IMG/VR virus record: IMGVR_UViG_3300033485_000034
Span: 1-44,363 of that record
Reading direction: 5' to 3' (one strand)
DNA: 44,363 nucleotides
DNA from: a virus
Lineage: Duplodnaviria > Caudoviricetes
Below the pieces are notes generated by a model. It was not told the DNA's origin. It saw only the letters and a list, made by a program, of their open reading frames with translations, and did not search any database. Position numbers and translations under genes: made by a program. Positions 26,572 to 34,599 of this stretch are shown piece by piece; the first letter of the stretch is position 1; the number at the start of each line of letters is the position of its first letter.

Positions 26572-26976
26572 ATGGCTGCCTACCGCACTTGGCCGACGAC
26601 ATCGAAGATGTCGGGCGACGACTACCGCGTCATGGCTCGTGACGCGTCGGACGAAGACTTCCACGCTTCCGCGTACGTCAGGAAGGAACCGACCAGCATC
26701 GCGCTGGTCGAGGTCCAAGCGTTCCGCGCCTCCACCTCCGGTGGAGGGTTCCGCCAGTTCGCCAACGTGTCACTGCTGGTCGACGCCGGCATCGGCTCCG
26801 CCGATGTTCGCCTGTCGCCTGACGAGGCTCGGGCCGTCGCCGAGATGCTGGTCATCGCGGCACGTGACGCGGAGCAGCTCACTTGGGCCGCGTCGAACCC
26901 CGAGGTCGCGCACCTGAATGACGCGGGTGACGACACCGACGGCGTCGACCCGCGCTACATCGCGTCACGCTCATAG
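26572..26976 (+). CDS. Hypothetical early protein
   Basis: GAGGAG RBS; C-terminal LSPDEARAVAEML motif common in phage proteins. Confidence 0.65.
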   Translation: MAAYRTWPTTSKMSGDDYRVMARDASDEDFHASAYVRKEPTSIALVEVQAFRASTSGGGFRQFANVSLLVDAGIGSADVRLSPDEARAVAEMLVIAARDAEQLTWAASNPEVAHLNDAGDDTDGVDPRYIASRS

Positions 26977-27004
26977 GCGTAGGCGTCACGAGAGGAAGGC
27001 CGAC

Positions 27005-27115
27005 ATGGGCGGCATCGACAGGTTCTACGTCACGTGTTGGGTCCTACGGACCCTGCTGGCCGTAGCCGCTGCGGCCGGGTTCCTGATGGCCACGTCACGA
27101 GGGTGCATGACATGA
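27005..27115 (+). CDS. Small membrane peptide
   Basis: GAGGAAGG upstream; one hydrophobic helix. Confidence 0.4.
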   Translation: MGGIDRFYVTCWVLRTLLAVAAAAGFLMATSRGCMT

Positions 27116-27543
27116 GTGACACCTATCCGCGTCCGTTCGTCACGCTGAGGAGACCGAAGATGTACAGCTCCGCTGAAACGCGTCACGAGAGGCTCTGCAA
27201 CGGCGAGCCGCCGTACGGCGTCGACGACGACGTCACGTATCCGCCCGTCATCGAAGATGACGGCATGAGCCTGCCCTGCGACGGGCCGCTGACGCATGAG
27301 GCCGCGCACGTCATCCTCGGGCGCCTGCTGGAGCGCTCGGGTTACACGGAAACGCGCGAGACCAAGCGGCTCTGCCAGCTCATCATGCGAGCCGACACCG
27401 AAGGCCTCTGGCCTCTTGACATCTGCGTCACGGCGTTCGTGACGCGTGACTGCCCGCATCATCACCGCTGGACGACCCTGAAGTCACTGCGCTGGCCGCT
27501 GTCGGCCGGCATCCCCATCCCGCTGCCGTTCCGCGACCGCTGA
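27112..27543 (+). CDS. Hypothetical early protein
   Basis: ATGA overlap with the previous ORF. Confidence 0.55.
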   Translation: MSDTYPRPFVTLRRPKMYSSAETRHERLCNGEPPYGVDDDVTYPPVIEDDGMSLPCDGPLTHEAAHVILGRLLERSGYTETRETKRLCQLIMRADTEGLWPLDICVTAFVTRDCPHHHRWTTLKSLRWPLSAGIPIPLPFRDR

Positions 27544-27603
27544 CGCTGCGACCGTGTGACCCGCATCACCGCATGCGGGTCACCGGCCGAGCGTCAATCG
27601 GCG

Positions 27604-27633
27604 CTTGACAAGCATGAGAGGATAGGCGTAATG
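27604..27633 (+). promoter_or_regulatory. Repeated early element CTTGACA-N2-CATGAGAGGAT-N7-ATG, copy 1
   Basis: Near-identical to 28341-28369; directly precedes a start codon. Confidence 0.6.
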
Positions 27634-28278
27634 AGACACATCGCCCTGCTCGACCAGCTCGACAGCTCATGGCGTGACATGCTCGCCGCGGGTGACATGT
27701 TCGCTATCCGATGCCGCATCCTGAAGGCCGCGACGTTCGCTGCCTGTACGGCTCACACGACCGTCGAACGGGCCGAGTATGAGTACGTCACGTGGGCGGA
27801 GGCAGGCGAGTTCCCGAGTGACGGGACGAACCTGTCCGAGCAGAAAGCTTCGGCCGCCATGACGGCCGAGGCATGGACGGAAACGCTCGACATCGAGACC
27901 GTGCGCGGCTGGCGTGACGGCTGGGCGCTGGCGGCCGAGCTGGCGGCTCACGTGTACGGCCTTGGCACCGCCAAGGCTGCCTTCGCTGCCGCCCTCGTCG
28001 GCTATCCTGAGCCGTACTGCCTCGACACGCACTGCCTCCAGCTCGTCGCGGAGCGCCTGACGTGCCTTGGCACGCCGAGCAGCGCCGAGCAGCTCCGACG
28101 CGTCACGCGCATGCGCTACGACTCGCCGACGAGCGCCACCCGAAGCTGGCAGCGCTATCGCGAGGTCGGCGACACGACGTTCGGGTCACGTGCGCACCAG
28201 TGGGAGTTCTTCGCCATGAAGGTCGAAGCCTTCCGTGACGGTGCGCACGAGGCCTACTTCAGGACGGTGCTCCCGTGA
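27631..28278 (+). CDS. HhH-GPD superfamily DNA glycosylase-like protein
   Basis: VYGLGTAKAAF..LVG....CLDTH resembles the HhH Lys and catalytic Asp (D-x-H) region of Ogg2-type glycosylases. Confidence 0.55.
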   Translation: MRHIALLDQLDSSWRDMLAAGDMFAIRCRILKAATFAACTAHTTVERAEYEYVTWAEAGEFPSDGTNLSEQKASAAMTAEAWTETLDIETVRGWRDGWALAAELAAHVYGLGTAKAAFAAALVGYPEPYCLDTHCLQLVAERLTCLGTPSSAEQLRRVTRMRYDSPTSATRSWQRYREVGDTTFGSRAHQWEFFAMKVEAFRDGAHEAYFRTVLP

Positions 28279-28340
28279 CACGTGTAAACGCTCGCGTCCC
28301 CCGTCACGCGTCGTCGCGCAGGAACCCCGAAGGGGTGCCC

Positions 28341-28369
28341 CTTGACAGCCATGAGAGGATGGTGCCATG
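28341..28369 (+). promoter_or_regulatory. Repeated early element CTTGACA-N2-CATGAGAGGAT-N6-ATG, copy 2
   Basis: Second copy; preceded by a C-GAA-G hairpin (28324-28336) and a GTGTAAACG site (28282-28290). Confidence 0.6.
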
Positions 28370-28738
28370 AATACCGCAGCTCGACCCGACCCGGCCATCG
28401 CCAAGGTCCTCGCCGACATCGCCGAACAGGGCGGCGGCACCTATGAGAGCGGGACGTACCTGCCCTTCACCCCCACGGACGGCTTCGCCGTCGGCATCGG
28501 CGGCATCAGGCTGCCCGAGGCCACGGTCACGGCCGCAGAGCTGACGCGATGGCTGCGTGCCGTCGTGACAGAGTACGAGGCCAGCTTCGTCGGCACGTGG
28601 CGCGACGGCGGCCTCGTCTACATCGACGCTGTCCGGTACATCCGTGACCTGCCCACGGCGCTCGACGTGGCACGCGTGTTCCGGCAGAAGGCCATCTTCG
28701 ACTTCTCGACGAAGTCGAGCATCGCGCTGGAGGCGTGA
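28367..28738 (+). CDS. Conserved phage early protein (GxW..YxD..A..A..QxAIFD family; possibly SAM lyase-like)
   Basis: GFAVG..FVGTWRDGGLVYIDAV..ALDVARVFRQKAIFDF. Confidence 0.5.
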   Translation: MNTAARPDPAIAKVLADIAEQGGGTYESGTYLPFTPTDGFAVGIGGIRLPEATVTAAELTRWLRAVVTEYEASFVGTWRDGGLVYIDAVRYIRDLPTALDVARVFRQKAIFDFSTKSSIALEA

Positions 28739-28739
28739 C

Positions 28740-29051
28740 ATGGAGCATCGCTGCGACTGGAGCAGCGCGTGGCCCACGGGTCACCCGCTGCCCCCCGAGC
28801 GTCCCGAGAAGCTGCAAGGCCCCGAGGTCGGGCAGCTCTGCATCCTGACGTCGAAGTACCACCCCGGACTGGTCGTCCGGGTCACGGCCCGCTCGTACGT
28901 CTGGTCACCCGGCGAGTGCCGGAGCCACGGCGGCTACCGCTGCTACGACTGGTCGGTCATCGACGACGACCACGGCTACCGCGTCGTCGTCGGCGACACG
29001 GACCTCCTGCCCATCGTGACGGGCATGTACCTGAAGGAGCGCGACTCGTGA
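28740..29051 (+). CDS. Hypothetical protein (SH3/KOW-like pattern)
   Basis: GGAGG RBS; PEVGQLC..HPGLVVRVT..VVGDTDLLP. Confidence 0.55.
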   Translation: MEHRCDWSSAWPTGHPLPPERPEKLQGPEVGQLCILTSKYHPGLVVRVTARSYVWSPGECRSHGGYRCYDWSVIDDDHGYRVVVGDTDLLPIVTGMYLKERDS

Positions 29052-29257
29052 GTTACGTGGACCCCAACTTCCGCACCAAGAAAGCGTTTCGGGCTGCCGT
29101 CGAGGCCGGCGCCAAGCTGGAGACCTATAACCCGTCGGGCATGTTCCCGACCCGGCAGAACGGGCAGGACACGGTCGAGGGCCCGCATTACCCGGAGGCG
29201 CACCGCTGGTACGCATCCGTCACCGTCGTGGACGGCATCGTCGTGAAGGTCAGGTGA
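29048..29257 (+). CDS. Conserved small phage protein
   Basis: AAGGAG RBS, GTG start; NFRTKKAFRAAV..VEGPHYPEAHRWYA..DGIVVKV. Confidence 0.7.
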   Translation: MSYVDPNFRTKKAFRAAVEAGAKLETYNPSGMFPTRQNGQDTVEGPHYPEAHRWYASVTVVDGIVVKVR

Positions 29258-29262
29258 GGAAC

Positions 29263-29493
29263 ATGGAAGACAAGCGCATCATCATCGTGACGAAGAACAG
29301 CGTCTACATCGCCACCGTCGACGACCAAGGTGACGTGTGGGTCCTCGGGCGGGCGAGCTGGAACTCGCCGTTCGTCGACATCGCGGGCCTCGTCACCGGG
29401 CTCGTCGTGACCCCGCTGGCCATCGGCCAGCGCATGGTCCTCGACAGCGGCCTCTCCTCGTCGCCCATCGCGCTCATCCTGACGGTGTCGTGA
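29263..29493 (+). CDS. Hypothetical protein
   Basis: GAGGA RBS; tight gene packing. Confidence 0.6.
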   Translation: MEDKRIIIVTKNSVYIATVDDQGDVWVLGRASWNSPFVDIAGLVTGLVVTPLAIGQRMVLDSGLSSSPIALILTVS

Positions 29494-29741
29494 TGGCGCA
29501 CTACTTCCCGCTCGCCGACCCGTACCCGGGCGTCTCCCTAGAGACGCAGACGCGTCACCTTCGGGCGAAGCGCACCGGGACACGGCGCCGCGTGCGCAAG
29601 GGCGACTGGTACCTGTCCGGCGCTCCCGGCTTCGAGGTCGCCTACCACGCGTTCGCCGACTACTCGCTCGTCACCGACATCGTGGACATCGTCCACGTGA
29701 CTGAGCACATCAAGGTCCGTTACACGGAGAAGGCAGTCTGA
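29493..29741 (+). CDS. Hypothetical protein
   Basis: TGATG coupling; TGTRRRVRKGDWYLSGA..AYHA motif. Confidence 0.6.
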   Translation: MAHYFPLADPYPGVSLETQTRHLRAKRTGTRRRVRKGDWYLSGAPGFEVAYHAFADYSLVTDIVDIVHVTEHIKVRYTEKAV

Positions 29742-29742
29742 C

Positions 29743-30012
29743 ATGGACGTACCCGTTACCGTCATCCGCATCCCCCCGATGGGCACCGAGCCGGAGGTCC
29801 TGACCGGCGAGCCGCTGTACGCCGAACTGGAAGGCGTCACGGTGTACCTGCTCCTGTCACCCGCGGACAGGGCCCTGTTCGACAACCTGCCTCACCGGTC
29901 ACGCAAGGTTGTCATCGTCCGCAACCTGCTGACCGGCTTCCTCGTTCGGGTGAAGCGCGCACCGTGCGGCGCCGGCTGCTACTGTGCCGCCGCCATCGTC
30001 CCGGGAGCCTGA
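29743..30012 (+). CDS. Hypothetical protein with C-terminal CGxxCxC motif
   Basis: RAPCGAGCYCAA; TGA-C-ATG junction. Confidence 0.6.
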   Translation: MDVPVTVIRIPPMGTEPEVLTGEPLYAELEGVTVYLLLSPADRALFDNLPHRSRKVVIVRNLLTGFLVRVKRAPCGAGCYCAAAIVPGA

Positions 30013-30013
30013 C

Positions 30014-30247
30014 ATGGCGCGATGGGTTCCGCTCTGTAGCGACTGCTGGTACGACAACTTCCCGGGTGACTACTTCCCCGGCAGCATGACGCACACGAAC
30101 TGCTGGCGCTGCGGCGAACCGGCCATGTGCGCCCACGTCAACCCCCGCGACCTCGACCCGGACGTCACGGTCACGGAGGACAGCCCGAGCTTGCAGGACG
30201 TCACGAGCGACGAGCTGTTGGCTCTCGACGCGGAGGCGTTCGGATGA
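30014..30247 (+). CDS. Small zinc-finger protein
   Basis: CSDC..CWRC; GGGAG RBS. Confidence 0.55.
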   Translation: MARWVPLCSDCWYDNFPGDYFPGSMTHTNCWRCGEPAMCAHVNPRDLDPDVTVTEDSPSLQDVTSDELLALDAEAFG

Positions 30248-30675
30248 CACTACTGAAGCCGCACTACCCGTCGCCAGCGGAGCTGGCGCGACAGCGGCGG
30301 ATGTTCGTGCTCGACAGCGCGACCGACCGGCCGCACCACTACCTCGCCCGTGCGCTCGTCATGCGTGGTCGCGATGCGCTCGACATCGGGCGACACGGCA
30401 CCTCCTTCATGCGTGACGCGAGGAGTTGGGACAAGGGGAACGACATCTCGCTTCACCCGTCCCGCGCGGCCGAGCGCATCATGCGGTACTACCGTACCGA
30501 GGCCCCGTTCAGCCTGAACCAAGAGCAGGCCGCCAAGGCGGCCGACCAGTGGCAGGAGGCGCTGCTCATGGGCCCACGGCTCCGGGCATGGGTCGCCTGC
30601 AACTTCTACCTCGCGCAGTCGGACCCACCGCGCAAGTGCGAGCACCCGGCTGACCACATGACAGGAGCGTGGTGA
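30244..30675 (+). CDS. Hypothetical protein
   Basis: GGAGG RBS, ATGA overlap. Confidence 0.55.
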   Translation: MTLLKPHYPSPAELARQRRMFVLDSATDRPHHYLARALVMRGRDALDIGRHGTSFMRDARSWDKGNDISLHPSRAAERIMRYYRTEAPFSLNQEQAAKAADQWQEALLMGPRLRAWVACNFYLAQSDPPRKCEHPADHMTGAW

Positions 30676-30676
30676 C

Positions 30677-31078
30677 ATGAAGCATGTAGGCACGTCACAG
30701 TGGGTCGTCGACCGGTTCGTCGCCGGCGACCCCGGCTGGTACAGTACGCCGAAGGCGCAGGTCCCGGGTGGCGTCCGGGTGTTCGTCGAGCAGCAGCGCG
30801 ACGGGAACATCGCCCTGTACAGCTACCGCACCATCGTGGCCCTTCGCCTGACGGACGGGAGCATCGCTATCACGCCGCGCCGCTACGGCCCGGCGACGGG
30901 CAAGCTGCTCGGCAAGGTTCGCCGCCACCTCTATCCCACCCCGATGACGGTCGGGGGCGAGCCGCGCTCCATCACCGTCACGGTCGCCATCCCGGGCCGC
31001 TACGGCGGCTGGGGCATCCCGTGGGCCTCGTCGACGCACGAGTCCCTTCCCTTCATCGTTTACGCGCCGAGGAGCTGA
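30677..31078 (+). CDS. Conserved phage early protein (LYSYxTxVA family)
   Basis: IALYSYRTIVA..RRYGPATGKLL; AGGAG RBS. Confidence 0.6.
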   Translation: MKHVGTSQWVVDRFVAGDPGWYSTPKAQVPGGVRVFVEQQRDGNIALYSYRTIVALRLTDGSIAITPRRYGPATGKLLGKVRRHLYPTPMTVGGEPRSITVTVAIPGRYGGWGIPWASSTHESLPFIVYAPRS

Positions 31079-31131
31079 CATGGCCCAGAAGCTCGCCATC
31101 GCGCTCATCATCAAGGCGGAGGAAGTCTGAG

Positions 31132-31362
31132 ATGCAAGTTCACGTGAGCGACAACAACGTGCGCATCGACGTCACCGGTGCGGAGGCACTCCGCATCCGG
31201 CCACACTTGTACATGACGACGGAGATGATGGCGTGGGGCGAGCGGGTCGTCGAGGCGATGGGCTTCCACGTCGACGCGGACCACGTCCTCAACCCGTGGG
31301 TTCACCTGAAGCGCGGGGTCTACAATCGCGGGTTCGCTGTCACCGTCTGGACGAAGCGCTGA
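31132..31362 (+). CDS. Hypothetical protein
   Basis: GGAGG RBS before ATG 31132. Confidence 0.55.
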   Translation: MQVHVSDNNVRIDVTGAEALRIRPHLYMTTEMMAWGERVVEAMGFHVDADHVLNPWVHLKRGVYNRGFAVTVWTKR

Positions 31363-31610
31363 TGGACCAAGGCCATCTCGTCCTCGCCATCTTCCTCGCG
31401 CCCGTCTGGTGCTACCTGCTCTGGGCGCTGGTGATGTTCCTGCGCCAGCCGGCCACCGACATCGCCGAACAGGTGGCGACGCTCGTCCTGCTGCTCATCA
31501 TCCTCGCTGGCATCTGGCTCTACGCCGGCGCCACGATGGACCCGAACAGTCTCGCTCACACGTGGGAGTGTGACATCCCCGGCGGGCAGCGACCCGCCCT
31601 CTGCGAATAG
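31362..31610 (+). CDS. Two-helix membrane protein
   Basis: Two hydrophobic segments; TGATG coupling. Confidence 0.55.
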   Translation: MDQGHLVLAIFLAPVWCYLLWALVMFLRQPATDIAEQVATLVLLLIILAGIWLYAGATMDPNSLAHTWECDIPGGQRPALCE

Positions 31611-31621
31611 GCGGTGAACCC

Positions 31622-31861
31622 GTGAGTGTCATCATGCGCGTGGTCGCGCACACAGCAGCCGTCAGCACAGACACAGACGGCGACAGCGTCCGCCTGACCG
31701 CGTGGGAGCGCGACGAGGACGGCAGCGTGACGAAGGAAGCAACCATCGCCCTGACACGGCAGCAGGCGGTCGGTATCGCGACCCGCCTGCTCCGCGCAGC
31801 CGAAGACCCGGCTGGTCACCGGCTCGGCTGGTACGTTCAGCGCGAGGAGGAGACCCCGTGA
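31622..31861 (+). CDS. Hypothetical protein
   Basis: Gene packing; IALTRQQAVGIATRL motif. Confidence 0.5.
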   Translation: MSVIMRVVAHTAAVSTDTDGDSVRLTAWERDEDGSVTKEATIALTRQQAVGIATRLLRAAEDPAGHRLGWYVQREEETP

Positions 31862-32445
31862 CCAAGACCCGGGAGCAGTGGCTCCAGCAGGCGGTCAGGC
31901 GCCTGACCCCGACGTTTACACGCGCTGGGGTCGTGGTGCCTGATGTCGCCGTGTCCGTCGGCTGGCCCGGCGGACGCGGCAAGAAGGCGAACGTCATCGG
32001 CCAGTGCTGGCCGCCCTCGTCGACTGCCGACGGGCGACCGGCCATCTTCATCAGCCCCGCGCTGACGGGCAAGGACCCCGTCAACATCCTCGCCACGCTC
32101 ACGCACGAGCTGGTCCATGCCGTGGGCTGCCCGGGGCACAAGGGCAAGTTCGTCAAGCTGGCACGCGACGTCGGCCTCGTCAAGCCGTGGACGGCGACCC
32201 GGGCGGGCGACGCGCTCGCCATCGCTCTCGACGCTCACGCTGACAAGCTGGGTCCCTTCCCGCACGCTGCCGTGCGCTCAGGGCTGGGCGTCGGGCTCGG
32301 GCCCGAGGTCCAGTCGACCCGCATGCTGAAGGTGTACTGCCCGGATGACGGGTACACGCTGCGCACCACCCGCAAGTGGCTCGACGTGGCTATCCCCGAC
32401 TGCCCGGTCTGCAACATCCAGATGGACGTCGAGCAGAAGGCATGA
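31858..32445 (+). CDS. SprT-like zinc metalloprotease with C-terminal zinc ribbon
   Basis: IGQCW..IFISP..LATLTHELVHA..GHKGKF; RMLKVYCPDDGY..RTTRKWL..CPVC; GAGGAG RBS. Confidence 0.8.
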   Translation: MTKTREQWLQQAVRRLTPTFTRAGVVVPDVAVSVGWPGGRGKKANVIGQCWPPSSTADGRPAIFISPALTGKDPVNILATLTHELVHAVGCPGHKGKFVKLARDVGLVKPWTATRAGDALAIALDAHADKLGPFPHAAVRSGLGVGLGPEVQSTRMLKVYCPDDGYTLRTTRKWLDVAIPDCPVCNIQMDVEQKA

Positions 32446-32693
32446 CGTTTACACGACGGTTGCCAGAGGACGTCGTCGCCATCGAGGTCGTGCAGTACAA
32501 CCAGCCGAACTGGTGGTACGTCAGGGCCGTCGAGCGCGGCGGCAAGGTGTGGCACTGGGAGCCCTTCCTGTCACGCTGGGCAGCCGACAAGGCAGCCGAG
32601 GTCCTGTGGACCCGGCTGCGTTACGAAGGGCAACTGGCGGAGGGCGCCGAGAAGCGCCGACCGGTAGCATATGATACACTGGAGCGACGATGA
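32442..32693 (+). CDS. Hypothetical protein
   Basis: ATGA overlaps at both ends. Confidence 0.55.
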   Translation: MTFTRRLPEDVVAIEVVQYNQPNWWYVRAVERGGKVWHWEPFLSRWAADKAAEVLWTRLRYEGQLAEGAEKRRPVAYDTLERR

Positions 32694-33400
32694 ACGAAGA
32701 CACTGCGCTTACACCCATCACGCAGGCCCAGCGCATGCTCGCCGAAGCCAAGACGCTCGACGAGCTGAAGTCCCTGCGCGATTACGCGACAGGCGCCAAG
32801 GCGTGGGCCAAGGCCCGAGGTCTGGGCATCGAGACCGAGAACGAGGCGGCCGAGGTCGTGCTGCGCGCCGAGCGTGGCATCGGCTCCATGCTGTCGGAGC
32901 TGGAGAAGTTGAAGCTGTACGGCCCGGGGGCCGCGCTCGCTGGCTCGAAGCGCGGAGCGCGCGCAGACCAGCGGCACGGCGGGTCCGCGCCGGTCATCGA
33001 GCGCCGGCCGGGGGTCATCACGAACGAGGACTTGGGCATCCGCAGTCAGGAGGCCATCGACTTCAAGCTCGCCGCGCTCGTGCCGGAGGACAAGTTCGAG
33101 GCCATGCTGCGTGAGGTCCGAGCCCACGTGAAGCGGTTGGCCAAGGTCAACTTCTACCGAGCGGGACGCCGTGAGAAGGGTCTGCCCGAGCGGCCCACGC
33201 CGGAGGACAAGGGCTTCATCACCTTCCGGGCCGGAGCGCACCAGCTCCTCGGCTGGGAGGTGGACGGCGAGGGCAACGGCAAGGCGTCGCGCAACGGCCT
33301 CCTCACCCTGCCGGTGGACGAGCTGGTGCAGGTGGCGCATCTCGTGAAGGCGCTCGCCGAGGCATACAATCAGGCGCGCGAGGTGCGCGATGCTCAGTGA
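32690..33400 (+). CDS. Helical protein resembling the N-terminal domain of phage DNA methyltransferase fusions (no catalytic domain seen)
   Basis: LAEAKTLDELKSLRDYA..AWAK..ENEAAEVVLRAERGIGSML; ATGATACACT extended -10 at 32671-32680. Confidence 0.5.
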   Translation: MNEDTALTPITQAQRMLAEAKTLDELKSLRDYATGAKAWAKARGLGIETENEAAEVVLRAERGIGSMLSELEKLKLYGPGAALAGSKRGARADQRHGGSAPVIERRPGVITNEDLGIRSQEAIDFKLAALVPEDKFEAMLREVRAHVKRLAKVNFYRAGRREKGLPERPTPEDKGFITFRAGAHQLLGWEVDGEGNGKASRNGLLTLPVDELVQVAHLVKALAEAYNQAREVRDAQ

Positions 33401-33797
33401 GCGGGGCTGGGGCGACGGAGTAGGCGACCGCCGGCCCCACGTCATCAAGGACATCAGCTTGGCCTACAACATGGTCCTCTGCGGGCCGTGCGACGTGATT
33501 GTCAGGGGCGGCAGCTTCCTGTCGCTCGACCGCGCGTGGACTGACCACCGCGGACTGAAGTATCACCCGCCCCGCTACCGGACCATGGCCACCGACTCGG
33601 AGGTCACGGAGTTCCTCCGGGCCGTCGAGAACCCGGACTACGTGTCAGTCATGGCTGGCAGCGAGACGGTCACGCCCCCGGCCGACCCCGACGCACTCGC
33701 CGACCTCATCGAGCACGTGCTCGAACGTCAGGCCCAATGCACCTGTGCCACGACCGGCATCGAGGGTTGCCCGAACCGGACGGAGGATGACCGATGA
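33390..33797 (+). CDS. Hypothetical protein
   Basis: GAGGTG RBS; gene packing. Confidence 0.5.
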   Translation: MLSERGWGDGVGDRRPHVIKDISLAYNMVLCGPCDVIVRGGSFLSLDRAWTDHRGLKYHPPRYRTMATDSEVTEFLRAVENPDYVSVMAGSETVTPPADPDALADLIEHVLERQAQCTCATTGIEGCPNRTEDDR

Positions 33798-34114
33798 CCT
33801 GCGACTGCCCGGAGGAAGGGCACTACTATGACTGCTCCCGCAACTTTGCTCTTGATGCCGAGCGCGCCCGTCGGGAGGCACGGATGACCGGCATCGACCG
33901 GCGCCTCCGGGGCGCGCTGGCCGCCGACACTCTCCGCGCTGCGCTGGCCGCCGAGCGTACTCGCTACGGGCGGGTGCTGGAGGAGCTGCACGCCGAGCGT
34001 GCCCGCCACGCTGCGCTGGTGAAGGCAGAACGGGAGTGCAGCGGCTACTACATCGGCCACGACTGCGGCTGTACTTGCCACCGCGCCGCCCTCGACGGAG
34101 AGCCCAGTGAGTGA
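33794..34114 (+). CDS. Hypothetical Cys-rich coiled-coil protein
   Basis: GGAGG RBS; CDC..HYYDC and HDCGCTC. Confidence 0.5.
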   Translation: MTCDCPEEGHYYDCSRNFALDAERARREARMTGIDRRLRGALAADTLRAALAAERTRYGRVLEELHAERARHAALVKAERECSGYYIGHDCGCTCHRAALDGEPSE

Positions 34115-34313
34115 CTACACCGTGAAGGTCCTGCTCGAAGCACTTGACAGGCCCAGTACACTGAAGGCGCTCACGAGGAAGACGGACCTGCGGACCCATC
34201 AGGTCCTGTCCGCCATCATCGAGGCCCGGGTCAAGGGCCACCGCATCGCTGCCCGTGGGCGTGGCGACGTGGTCACGCAGGAGCCCACCTACTACGAGGT
34301 CATCCGTGGCTAG
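34107..34313 (+). CDS. Putative winged helix-turn-helix DNA-binding protein
   Basis: VLLEALDRPSTLKALTRKTDLRTHQVLSAIIEARVKGHRI..YYEV. Confidence 0.5.
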   Translation: MSDYTVKVLLEALDRPSTLKALTRKTDLRTHQVLSAIIEARVKGHRIAARGRGDVVTQEPTYYEVIRG

Positions 34314-34599
34314 CGGCCGAACCATCGAGCAGAAGGTCGGGGACTGGCTCCGTGCCTTCAACGCCATCAGCGCGGAGCTGACGCCGCCCGGGATGCGGGA
34401 GGTGCTGCGCACCCTGAAGACGCGCGACCCCCTCGAAGGTGAGTCGCCCGAGGAGTACATGAAGGACCAGTTCGCTGTCGCCCAGAGCATCGGGCGCATC
34501 GTCAGTGCCAACGACCGGACGGCTGCCATCGCTGCCGCCATGCTGACGCAGTCAGGCATCGGGCGTCCGCCCGTCGACTACCCGGAGGACGTGCAGTGA
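34306..34599 (+). CDS. Hypothetical protein
   Basis: GAGGT RBS, GTG start. Confidence 0.5.
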   Translation: MASGRTIEQKVGDWLRAFNAISAELTPPGMREVLRTLKTRDPLEGESPEEYMKDQFAVAQSIGRIVSANDRTAAIAAAMLTQSGIGRPPVDYPEDVQ

